This document shows positions 47,990-56,210 of a stretch of 64,000 nucleotides of DNA, piece by piece (position 1 is the stretch's first letter; the number at the start of each line of letters is the position of its first letter). Both the position numbers and the translations under genes were made by a program. The notes under the pieces were generated by a model. It was not told the DNA's origin. It made no database searches and saw nothing but the letters and a program-made list of their open reading frames with translations. Location: assembly GCA_963664825.1 (NCBI GenBank), contig OY761614.1:3136001-3200000 (forward strand), written 5' to 3'. Source of the DNA: an uncultured Holophaga sp. GTDB taxonomy: Bacteria > Acidobacteriota > Holophagae > Holophagales > Holophagaceae.

Positions 47990-48906
47990 TGGCTACCTCC
48001 GGGAAGGGCCGAAGTGAACACATCCTCCAGGGTGGGCTCGATCACGCGCAGTTCCTGGCAGGGGATGCCCTCCTTGCGTAGGACCGCTTCGATGGCCGTG
48101 CGCTCGCGCTCCGCATCCTCCGTCAGCACGTGGAGGCGATCGCCGAAGAGGGTGACAGCGCCTGGGAGAACGGCCCGCAGCATGGGCAGGGCCTTCCGGG
48201 GGGCCTCGCAGCGCACCTCCAGGAGCGTGCCCTTCAGCAGGGCCTTCACGCCCTCCACGGTGTCGCAGGCCAGGAGGCGGCCCTGGTGGAGGAGGCCGAT
48301 GCGGTTGCAGCGCTCCGCCTCGTCCAGATAGGCGGTGGAGACGAAGATGGTCACCCGTTCCTGCTGGAGCTGGTAGAGGATCCGCCAGAAGTCCCGGCGG
48401 GACACGGGGTCGACGCCATTGGTGGGCTCATCCAGAAAGAGCACCCGGGGGGTGTGGATGAGGGCACAGGCCAGGCCCAGTTTCTGTTTCATGCCTCCCG
48501 AGAGATTGCCCGCCCGGCGGCGCTTGAAGGGCGTGAGATTGCTGAAGGCCAGGAGGCGCTCTGTGCGCTGATCCCGTCCCTTCCGGGGGACTTCGTAGAG
48601 CTCGGCATAGAAGTCGATATTTTCGAGCACCGTGAGATCCGGGTAGAGCCCGAAGCGCTGGGCCATGTAGCCGATGCGGTCTTTGATGGGCTCGGCATCC
48701 CGCACGGCGTGGAGCCCATCCACCCAGGCCTCGCCGGAGCTGGGCTCCAGGATGCCCGTCAGCAGGCGCATGGTGGTGGTCTTGCCGGCGCCATCGGGCC
48801 CCACCAGGCCGAAGATCTCCCCTTCTTCCACCGACAGGGTCAATTGATCCAGGGCTGTGGCCTCTCCGAAATGGCGGGTCAGCGCCTGGGTCCGGATGGT
48901 CTCCAT
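47986..48906 (-). CDS. ABC transporter ATP-binding protein
   Basis: GPDGAGKTT, LSGGMKQK, LDEPTNGVD; ATG 48906 coupled to the HlyD gene stop. Confidence 0.9.
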   Translation of the reverse strand: METIRTQALTRHFGEATALDQLTLSVEEGEIFGLVGPDGAGKTTTMRLLTGILEPSSGEAWVDGLHAVRDAEPIKDRIGYMAQRFGLYPDLTVLENIDFYAELYEVPRKGRDQRTERLLAFSNLTPFKRRRAGNLSGGMKQKLGLACALIHTPRVLFLDEPTNGVDPVSRRDFWRILYQLQQERVTIFVSTAYLDEAERCNRIGLLHQGRLLACDTVEGVKALLKGTLLEVRCEAPRKALPMLRAVLPGAVTLFGDRLHVLTEDAERERTAIEAVLRKEGIPCQELRVIEPTLEDVFTSALPGGSH

Positions 48907-49871
48907 CACCGGCCTTCCAGGGGGATCTCGGCATCCACGGGCATGCCGGGCTTGAGCTCCATGGCGGGATTGGGCACATCGATTTTGATGCGGTAGACGA
49001 GTTTGGAGCGTTCCTTGCGCGTCTGGACGCTCTTGGGTGTGAATTCGGCCTCGGAGGCCAGGAAGGAGACACGGCCCTCGTAGCGCTTGCCCGGGTAGGT
49101 ATCGGTGCTGAGATAGGCCTTCTGGCCCACTTTCACACGGCCCAGGTCGGATTCCTCCACATAGGCTCTCAGCCACACCTGGCCGAGGTTGGCCAGGGTC
49201 ACCACCGATGTCCCCGGGGCCACGTATTCCATGGGCTCGATGTTCTTGGAGAGGATCACGCCGGAGGTGGGAGCCGTGAGCGTGGCGTAGCCCAACTGGG
49301 TCTGAGCCAGGCCTAGCGCCTGTTGGGCCTGCTCGAAGCGGGCCCGGGCCTGATCGATATCCTCTTTCCGGGGCCCCTTCCGCACGAGGGCGTACTGCTG
49401 GTCGGTCTGGCGCACCTTGGCCCGGGCGGCCTCCAGGGCGGCGCGACTGGCCTCGAAGTCCCGCTTGGAGACGATGCCCTTCTGGTGGAGGTCGCGAATG
49501 CGGGCCTCGTCGGGCTCCAGGCGCCGGAGATCGGCGTTGGCCTGCTCCAGGGTGGCCTTGGAGGCTTCGATCTCCTCCCGGCGCGAGCCCGCCAGCAGGG
49601 CGGCCAGGGCGGCCTTGGCCGTGGCGGCATCCGCCTGGCGCATGGCGACCTGCTGTTCCAGATCCCTGGCATCCAGGCGCGCCAGGAGCTGGCCTGCGCG
49701 AACCACCTGGCCCTCGTCCACCGGGCGCTCCAGGACCCTGCCGGCCACCCGGAAGCTGGCCTCCACCTGGATCACTTCGATGTTGCCCGAGAGCTTGAGG
49801 GGCTCCTCCCGGTGGTTCCGGCAGGAGACGACCAGCAGGGCGGGAAGGATGAGTCTGAGCGTTCGTTTCAT
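48906..49871 (-). CDS. HlyD/YbhG-family membrane fusion protein (lipoprotein-like)
   Basis: LVVSC lipobox, SGNIE, AEFTPKSVQT, LKPGMP. Confidence 0.9.
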   Translation of the reverse strand: MKRTLRLILPALLVVSCRNHREEPLKLSGNIEVIQVEASFRVAGRVLERPVDEGQVVRAGQLLARLDARDLEQQVAMRQADAATAKAALAALLAGSRREEIEASKATLEQANADLRRLEPDEARIRDLHQKGIVSKRDFEASRAALEAARAKVRQTDQQYALVRKGPRKEDIDQARARFEQAQQALGLAQTQLGYATLTAPTSGVILSKNIEPMEYVAPGTSVVTLANLGQVWLRAYVEESDLGRVKVGQKAYLSTDTYPGKRYEGRVSFLASEAEFTPKSVQTRKERSKLVYRIKIDVPNPAMELKPGMPVDAEIPLEGR

Positions 49872-50572
49872 GGATGGATCTCCTCGGTCTCAGGCAGGAA
49901 GGGCAGGGGGGTTTCGGGGTGGGTGGCGATGCCGCGCCAGAAGAGGCGGAACCAGGCCCGCTCGGCCATGGGCACGGCGCGCTCCGCCGAGATGCCCGCG
50001 ACGTGCGGTCCCAGGACGGGGATCAGGTCCAGGATCTCCAGCTCCATGCGGGCCAGGAAGAAGGTCGAGAAGAGCGGCAGCGTGTCCTTCCGGATCTCGC
50101 CCCGCTCGATGCCCAGGTCGATCAGGCGCCCGATGGATCCCAGGGCGGGGAAGATGCGTTGGGCGATGCTCTCCTGGATGCCTTCGGCACCCCGGATGAT
50201 CTCTCCCCGCACCACATCGCGCAGTCCGGCGCTGCCTGCCAGGTGAGTATGGTAGATGCGGATGACCGTCCAGAGCCGCTCGGCGACGCTGCGGGGATCC
50301 TGGGGATCGCCCAAAAGGGAAAGTTCGGCCACCACCGGACCGAGGGTGCGATCCAGGAGGGCTTCGAACATGCCCTCCTTCCCATGGAAGTGGTAGTAGA
50401 GCAGGGAGGGGTCGCAGTCCGCCTCCCGGGCGATGGCGCGGATGCTGGCACCCTGGATGCCTTCCCGGGCGAAGACGGCCTGGGCGGCGTCCAGGAGGTG
50501 CGCCTGGGGGACCTTGGTGGCCTTGGGACCCCGGGAGCGGACGGGAGGAGGATGGGGCAAGGGGGACTCCAT
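49868..50572 (-). CDS. TetR-family regulator (YbiH/CecR-like position)
   Basis: LLDAAQAVFAREG...SIRAIAREA......LYYHFHGKEG; start uncertain. Confidence 0.88.
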   Translation of the reverse strand: MESPLPHPPPVRSRGPKATKVPQAHLLDAAQAVFAREGIQGASIRAIAREADCDPSLLYYHFHGKEGMFEALLDRTLGPVVAELSLLGDPQDPRSVAERLWTVIRIYHTHLAGSAGLRDVVRGEIIRGAEGIQESIAQRIFPALGSIGRLIDLGIERGEIRKDTLPLFSTFFLARMELEILDLIPVLGPHVAGISAERAVPMAERAWFRLFWRGIATHPETPLPFLPETEEIHP

Positions 50573-50647
50573 TTCAACGACTGTTGAATATTGGGGTCGG
50601 CCATGGATCTTGGCAAGGGGATATTTCATCGAACGTTGAAATATCCC
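50573..50647. promoter_or_regulatory. Two palindromic TetR-type operators TTCAWC-N4-GTTGAA
   Basis: TTCAACgactGTTGAA (50573-50588) and GGGATATTTCAtcgaacgtTGAAATATCCC (50618-50647). Confidence 0.7.
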
Positions 50648-50657
50648 TGGGTACGCG

Positions 50658-50679
50658 AAAAGAGCCCCGAAGGGCTCTT
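50658..50679 (-). terminator. rpoZ terminator
   Basis: Minus strand AAGAGCCC-TTCG-GGGCTCTT followed by TT. Confidence 0.7.
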
Positions 50680-50698
50680 CCGAAAGGTGCGCTATGGG

Positions 50699-50983
50699 CT
50701 ATTCCACCGAGATGGGAACCTCTGTTGTGTAGTCGAAGATGGTGATCTCGGGGGTCTCGAAGGCGATGCGGCTCTCCTCGACTTCCGTGATGGCGAACTG
50801 GGACCAGAAGGAGGCCAGCTTGGGGGCATCCTGGGCCTGGCCCAGCTTGTTCATGGGCACGATCACCTCGACCTTGGGGTAGGCACCGCGCTGGAGCTGC
50901 TCGCAGCGCTTACCGGCCACCATGACGAAGCGGTACTTGTTGCCGATTTCTTCAGGAATGCGAATGACGGGTCGTTGGCTCAT
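50699..50983 (-). CDS. rpoZ: RNA polymerase omega subunit
   Basis: NKYRFVMVAGKRCEQLQRGA...AITEV; next to coaBC. Confidence 0.85.
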   Translation of the reverse strand: MSQRPVIRIPEEIGNKYRFVMVAGKRCEQLQRGAYPKVEVIVPMNKLGQAQDAPKLASFWSQFAITEVEESRIAFETPEITIFDYTTEVPISVE

Positions 50984-51080
50984 GGACGGTCCTCAGGGCC
51001 GCTCAGTCTATCACGGGACCCCGTGTAAATAAACGGGAAAGCCTGAAGACGGGGTACCATGGCGGGATCTGGGAGCTCTT

Positions 51081-52295
51081 ATGAAGATCCTGTTGGGCGT
51101 GACGGGGGGCATCGCGGCCTACAAGGCCTGCGAACTCGCGCGGATGCTGGTGAAACGAGGCCACGTGGTGCGCTGTTGCCTGACGGAGGCCGGGAGCCGC
51201 TTCATCACGCCCCTGACGCTCGCGACCCTGACCGGAGAACCCTGTTTCGGCGCCAACCCCGAATACCATGAATGGCGGGCCAATCCCCGGGTGGAGCATG
51301 TGGATCTGGCCCGCTGGGCCGATCTGGTGGCGGTGGTCCCGGCCACGGCCGATATCCTCGGCAAGACCGCCCGCGGGCTGGCCGACGATCTACTCTCCAC
51401 GATCCTGCTGGCCACCACGGCCAAGGTGCTCTGGGCCCCGGCCATGAACCGGGCCATGTGGGCCCACCCGGCCGTCCAGGCCAATGTGCGAGCCCTGCGC
51501 GGCTTCGGCCACCTCCTGGTGGAACCCGCCGAGGGCCTCCTGGCCTGTGGTGAGGAGGGGGCGGGCAAGCTGGCGGAACTGGACCTGATCCTCGAGGCCA
51601 TCGAAGCCAGTGGGCTGCCCCATCACCGGAGGCTGGAGGGAGTGCCCATCCTCGTGACGGCCGGTCCCACCCGGGAGGATCTGGACCCCGTGCGCACGCT
51701 CACCAATCGCTCCACCGGGGCCATGGGCATCGAGATCGCCCGGGCCCTGTGTCAGGCCGGCGCCCGGGTGCATCTGGTCCTGGGGGGGGAACTGGCCGCC
51801 CCGGCGGGGGTCGAGACCACCCGGGTCCGCAGCGCCGATGAGATGCTGGCGGCATGTCGGGCCTGCTGGCCCGGGATGGGCGGTCTGGTGGCCGCGGCGG
51901 CGGTGGCCGATCAGCGCCCCGAGACCTTCTCCAGCCAGAAGGTCAAGAAGCGGGAGGGGCCCGAGACGCTTGTGCTGGTGCGCACTCCCGATATCCTGGC
52001 CACCCTGGTCGCCGAAGGCAGGCCCGCACAGTGGGCCATCGGCTTCGCCGCCGAGAGCGAGGATCACCTGGCCAACGCCGCGTCCAAGCTCCGGAAGAAG
52101 GGGCTGGACGCGGTGCTGGTCAACGATATCTCCGAGGGCCAGGGCTTCGGCGCCCAGGCCAACACCCTGACCCCCGTCACGGCAGAGGGCCCAGGCCTGC
52201 GACTGGGCCCCCTGCCCAAGGATCGTCTGGCCCAGGCCGTGGTGGCCTGGCTGGGGGATTTCCTGGAAGGCCGGGAGCCCTCAGGAGGCCTGTAG
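51081..52295 (+). CDS. coaBC: Bifunctional PPC decarboxylase / PPC synthetase
   Basis: GVTGGIAAYKA, PAMN..MW, LACGEEG.GKL, TAGPTRE.LDPVR..TNRSTG.MG, GFAAE. Confidence 0.95.
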   Translation: MKILLGVTGGIAAYKACELARMLVKRGHVVRCCLTEAGSRFITPLTLATLTGEPCFGANPEYHEWRANPRVEHVDLARWADLVAVVPATADILGKTARGLADDLLSTILLATTAKVLWAPAMNRAMWAHPAVQANVRALRGFGHLLVEPAEGLLACGEEGAGKLAELDLILEAIEASGLPHHRRLEGVPILVTAGPTREDLDPVRTLTNRSTGAMGIEIARALCQAGARVHLVLGGELAAPAGVETTRVRSADEMLAACRACWPGMGGLVAAAAVADQRPETFSSQKVKKREGPETLVLVRTPDILATLVAEGRPAQWAIGFAAESEDHLANAASKLRKKGLDAVLVNDISEGQGFGAQANTLTPVTAEGPGLRLGPLPKDRLAQAVVAWLGDFLEGREPSGGL

Positions 52296-52547
52296 CTAGT
52301 GCCCGAAGACCATCTCCTTGACCTCGAGGCCTTCGATGGCGGCGAGCTGCTGGGCCATCTCCTTCCGGATTTTCGCTTCTCCCACGATCTCCAGCAGCAC
52401 CAGGCCCTCGGGCGAGCTGCCGATCTCGTGCAGGCCCAGGCGGGTCTTGATGTGATCGCCGAAATGAGTGAAGACCTTCTGGAGCGCCCCGGCCTCCTTC
52501 ATGCGGTCGGTGACGTGGATGCCGAGAATGACATGGTCCGGCTTCAT
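52296..52547 (-). CDS. ACT-like protein resembling the TM1266 iron-only hydrogenase system regulator family
   Basis: GIHVTDR....LQKVFT.FG..IKTRLGLHE...EGLVLLE...L..IEGLEVK; AGGAGG RBS. Confidence 0.7.
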   Translation of the reverse strand: MKPDHVILGIHVTDRMKEAGALQKVFTHFGDHIKTRLGLHEIGSSPEGLVLLEIVGEAKIRKEMAQQLAAIEGLEVKEMVFGH

Positions 52548-52688
52548 GGGGCCTCCTGGATGTGGGTGGGATGGGCCCCCATGCTAGGGCCATGGTTGCG
52601 GAATGGCAAGGCCGCCCTGGCAGGGCCGCAGCCTGGGGAAATGGGCTATTCAAGGGTAAAGTGAAGGCGCCCCTTCTCCCAGGACCCC

Positions 52689-55600
52689 ATGCTCGAACTG
52701 ACCTATTCCAATCGCACCGAGGCCCTGCTCGAGCGCCTCGCCGAGCGGGTGAAGGCCGATCGGGCCCAGGGCAAGGGCCCCTGGGAGCCCATCGCGGTGG
52801 TGGTGCCCAATCCCTACCTCAAGGAATACCTTCGCCTGGGTCTGGCCCGGCGCCTGGGCATCGCCGCCAATCTCCACTTCAGCTACCTGGCCGGACTCTG
52901 GAAGGAACTCCTGGGCGAAGGCGCCCATTCGATCCTCGACTTTGCCGTGCTGCGGGCCGGGTTGCTGCGGGTGCTGGGGGATCGGGAACGCCTCTCCCAG
53001 GAGGAACTGAAGCCCGTCCTGGATTACCTGGGGCCCCAGGAGGGGAGCCTGAAGCGCGTCCAACTGGCCCGGGAACTGGCCAAGGTCTTCGAGGAATACC
53101 AATTGAGCCGCCCGGACTGGATCGAGGCCTGGCGCGCCGGGAAGCACGCCAAGGGCGCCGATCCCGTCCTGGAGGCCTGGCAGTCGCGGCTATGGATGGA
53201 CGTGGTGCAGGCGCTGGACGCCTCGACTCAAGGAGGGCCACACCTCACGCTCCTGGAGCGGGTCCGGCAGGGCGGCTTCCAGGGGATGCAGCTGCCCCGG
53301 TCCATCCATGCCTTCGGATTGAGCCATGTGGCCCAGGCCTACCAGGAGATCTATCGGGCCTTCGTGCCCCTGGAGGACACGACCCTCCACATCTACGCCC
53401 TGAATCCCTGCTGCGAATTCTGGGAGGACCTGACATCAATGGATCTCCCCTCCCGGGAAAAGGCCCGGATGGGGGCCTGGGACGAGACTTCGGAGGACTT
53501 CTACGCCCTGTCCTCCCAGGGGCCCCGGGCGCTTCGCCTCTGGGGGCGGCCGGGCCGGGAGAATATCCGGCTGCTCAACGAAGTCAGCGAATGCGATTTC
53601 ACGCCCGAATTCGAGATCCCTCTGCAGCCCACGCTGCTGGGGCAGATGCAGCGGGATATCCTGCACTTCGAGGAGCCCTCGACGGGAGACGCCCAGCCCG
53701 ACGGGAGCATCCGCTGTCTGGCCTGTCCGAGCCTGCGCCGGGAGGCCGAGGTCGTGGCCACGGAGATCTGGCGCCTGCTGGAGCTGCACGGGCCAACGGA
53801 GGCGCCCCTGCGTTTCTCGGACATCGCCGTGGTGGTGCCTCCGGGGGAGCAGGAGGCCTACCAGGCCCATCTCCAGGCGGCTTTCCACGATGCCCACCGT
53901 ATCCCCATGGTCCAGAGCGACCGGGCGCTGCCGGTCATGCGCCAGACCCTCGAGGCTGTCCAGATGCTGCTGGCGCTGCCCACCTCCGGCCTGACCCGCT
54001 CGGCCCTCCTGGGCGTGCTCCAGCACCCTGGCCTCCGGCGGCGTTTCCCCCAGATCGACCCCAGCCTTTGGGGGCGATGGTGCGAGGAATACGGCATCGT
54101 CCGGGGCGCGGACCGGGCCGCCTGGGCGGGCACCTACCTGGACCGGGATGTGCTGAACTGGGACCAGGGCCTCAAGCGGTTGGCGCTGGGAGCCTTCATG
54201 ACCGAGGAAGCCGAGTTCCAGCTGGAGGCCGAATCCTATCGCGTCAATGGGGCCAGGGAACAAGGTTCTGTGGCCACCTTCATGGCCCTTGTCCGGGGGC
54301 TCTGCGCCGATGCCCAGGGCCTCCTAGCCACCAAGACCGATCCCCAGAGCTGGATCCAGCGCCTCTGGCGCTACCTGGAGAGGTGGCTGGAAATCGATGA
54401 AGGGGAGGAGGCCGAAGCGGTGCTCAAGGCCCTGGACCGGATCCGGACCTATCTCGAGCGCATGTTCGAGGGGGTCCCGGTGGAGCTGGAGATGGCCGGG
54501 ATCGATTTCACCGCGGCGCGCCACCTGGCGCTGGAGGCCCTGGAACGGCTCCAGGACGAGCAGCCCGCCAATCTCACCAAGGGCGTCGTGATCGCCACCT
54601 ATGCCACCATGCGGGCCATTCCCTTCCGGGCCATTTTCCTCATGGGCCTGGGAGAGGGGAGCTTCCCCACCCGCAATACCCGGAGCGCCCTGGATCTGCG
54701 GGCCAAGGGAAGGCGCCCGGGGGACGTGAGCCAGACGGAAAAGGAGAAGTATCTCTTCCTGGAGCTGCTGCTCTCGGCGAGGGAACACCTAGCCTTGAGC
54801 CACGTGGCCCTGGACGAGCTGAGCGGCGAGGCCTTCGAAGCCTCCGGGCTCTACAAGGAATTCCGCTCCCTGCTGGGGGATTACCTGGCGCCAGTCTGGG
54901 CGCCTTCAAACCAGGGCGATCCCTTCCTGGAAACCCATCCCCTGCGGCGCTTCGACCCGGTCTATTTCCCCGAATGGTTTCCCCAAGACGCCGCCCAGTC
55001 AGGGCTTCGCTCCTATTCGGCCCTCGCCGAAGGCGAGGCCCGGGCCCTCTGGCTGGGTTCGGAGGCTCGGCGCCACCGGATCCTCCTGCCCTCGACGGTG
55101 GGCGAGCTGGAACTGGATGGCCAGGACCTGGCCCGGCTCCGGGAGCTCCTGGCCACTCCCGGGTTGCCCAAGGGCCATGGGGAGGGGGAGGTCCTCGCCC
55201 TGAGCCTTCAGGATCTCAGGACCTTCCTGGAATGCCCCTTGTCGGGCGCGGCCGCCGTGCGCCTGGGTTTGCGGAGACGGGACCTGGAGGACCGGAATTC
55301 CCTGGAGGACGAACCCTTCGAAAGCGAATTCCTGGAGGCCTGGTCCCTCCAGCGGGACGTGGCCTTGGGAGCCCTGCGGGGGGGCGCTTCCCCGGAAGCG
55401 ATCTACGACCAGCATCTGCGGCGCCGCCAGGACGAGGGCGCCGCCCCCTTCGGCGTGTTCTCCCAGGTGGAAAGGGACCGGAACCTCCAGCCCATCGAGG
55501 CCTGGGTGGCCTATCTGAAGGGCCATGGGGAGGGGCAGATGCCCAGTTCCTGGCGCCTGGGGACCCCTGGGGCGGGGAGGGACCCGGCCGACCATGTCCT

Positions 55601-56210
55601 CCCGCCGCTGGTCTTCAACCTCAGCCTGGATGGGCGGCCCCGCAGGGTGGAACTGAGGGGCGATCTGCGGGTGCAATTGGGGGGGTCCCTCTACCTGGAA
55701 TCGGGCAAGGTCCCCAGTGAGGGATCCATGGACCGGCTCCGGAAGAAGGCCCTTTCCGCCTTTATCGATCATCTCGTCCTGGCCTGCGTGGATCCCGCCC
55801 ACGGCGAGCACCGGGCCCGCTTCGTCTTCGAGAAGTCCAAGAAGGCTCCCAAGGGCGCTAGTGAGCCCATCCAGGAAGCCCAGTTCTGTTTCCCGGCCCT
55901 GGAGCGATCCGAGGCCGAGGGGCAGCTCCAGGCCTGGATCCAGGATCTGCTCACCGGGGACCACGGGGTGCTGCTGCCCATCGAGGCCGTGCTGGACGCC
56001 TGGGCCAAAAAGGAACTCAGCGCCGATTCCATCCGGGCCTTCGTGGATGAGGCACTGGAGAAGGGCGAGCGGTCCTACCTCAGCACCCTGAGGGGCCCCG
56101 TGCCCGATCCCACGCGCTTCCCGCCGCCTCCGGAGCCCACGGCCCTGGTCGAAAGACGGCTGGGTGCCTTCCTGAGGGTGGTGTGTCCCACCCTCCAGGA
56201 GCAGCCCTGA
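52689..56210 (+). CDS. recC: Exodeoxyribonuclease V gamma subunit
   Basis: YSNRTEAL, GIAANL.F, NPCCEFWED, WGRPGRE, SLRREAEV, MRAIPFR, EKYLFLELLLSAR, HPLRRFD. Confidence 0.92.
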   Translation: MLELTYSNRTEALLERLAERVKADRAQGKGPWEPIAVVVPNPYLKEYLRLGLARRLGIAANLHFSYLAGLWKELLGEGAHSILDFAVLRAGLLRVLGDRERLSQEELKPVLDYLGPQEGSLKRVQLARELAKVFEEYQLSRPDWIEAWRAGKHAKGADPVLEAWQSRLWMDVVQALDASTQGGPHLTLLERVRQGGFQGMQLPRSIHAFGLSHVAQAYQEIYRAFVPLEDTTLHIYALNPCCEFWEDLTSMDLPSREKARMGAWDETSEDFYALSSQGPRALRLWGRPGRENIRLLNEVSECDFTPEFEIPLQPTLLGQMQRDILHFEEPSTGDAQPDGSIRCLACPSLRREAEVVATEIWRLLELHGPTEAPLRFSDIAVVVPPGEQEAYQAHLQAAFHDAHRIPMVQSDRALPVMRQTLEAVQMLLALPTSGLTRSALLGVLQHPGLRRRFPQIDPSLWGRWCEEYGIVRGADRAAWAGTYLDRDVLNWDQGLKRLALGAFMTEEAEFQLEAESYRVNGAREQGSVATFMALVRGLCADAQGLLATKTDPQSWIQRLWRYLERWLEIDEGEEAEAVLKALDRIRTYLERMFEGVPVELEMAGIDFTAARHLALEALERLQDEQPANLTKGVVIATYATMRAIPFRAIFLMGLGEGSFPTRNTRSALDLRAKGRRPGDVSQTEKEKYLFLELLLSAREHLALSHVALDELSGEAFEASGLYKEFRSLLGDYLAPVWAPSNQGDPFLETHPLRRFDPVYFPEWFPQDAAQSGLRSYSALAEGEARALWLGSEARRHRILLPSTVGELELDGQDLARLRELLATPGLPKGHGEGEVLALSLQDLRTFLECPLSGAAAVRLGLRRRDLEDRNSLEDEPFESEFLEAWSLQRDVALGALRGGASPEAIYDQHLRRRQDEGAAPFGVFSQVERDRNLQPIEAWVAYLKGHGEGQMPSSWRLGTPGAGRDPADHVLPPLVFNLSLDGRPRRVELRGDLRVQLGGSLYLESGKVPSEGSMDRLRKKALSAFIDHLVLACVDPAHGEHRARFVFEKSKKAPKGASEPIQEAQFCFPALERSEAEGQLQAWIQDLLTGDHGVLLPIEAVLDAWAKKELSADSIRAFVDEALEKGERSYLSTLRGPVPDPTRFPPPPEPTALVERRLGAFLRVVCPTLQEQP

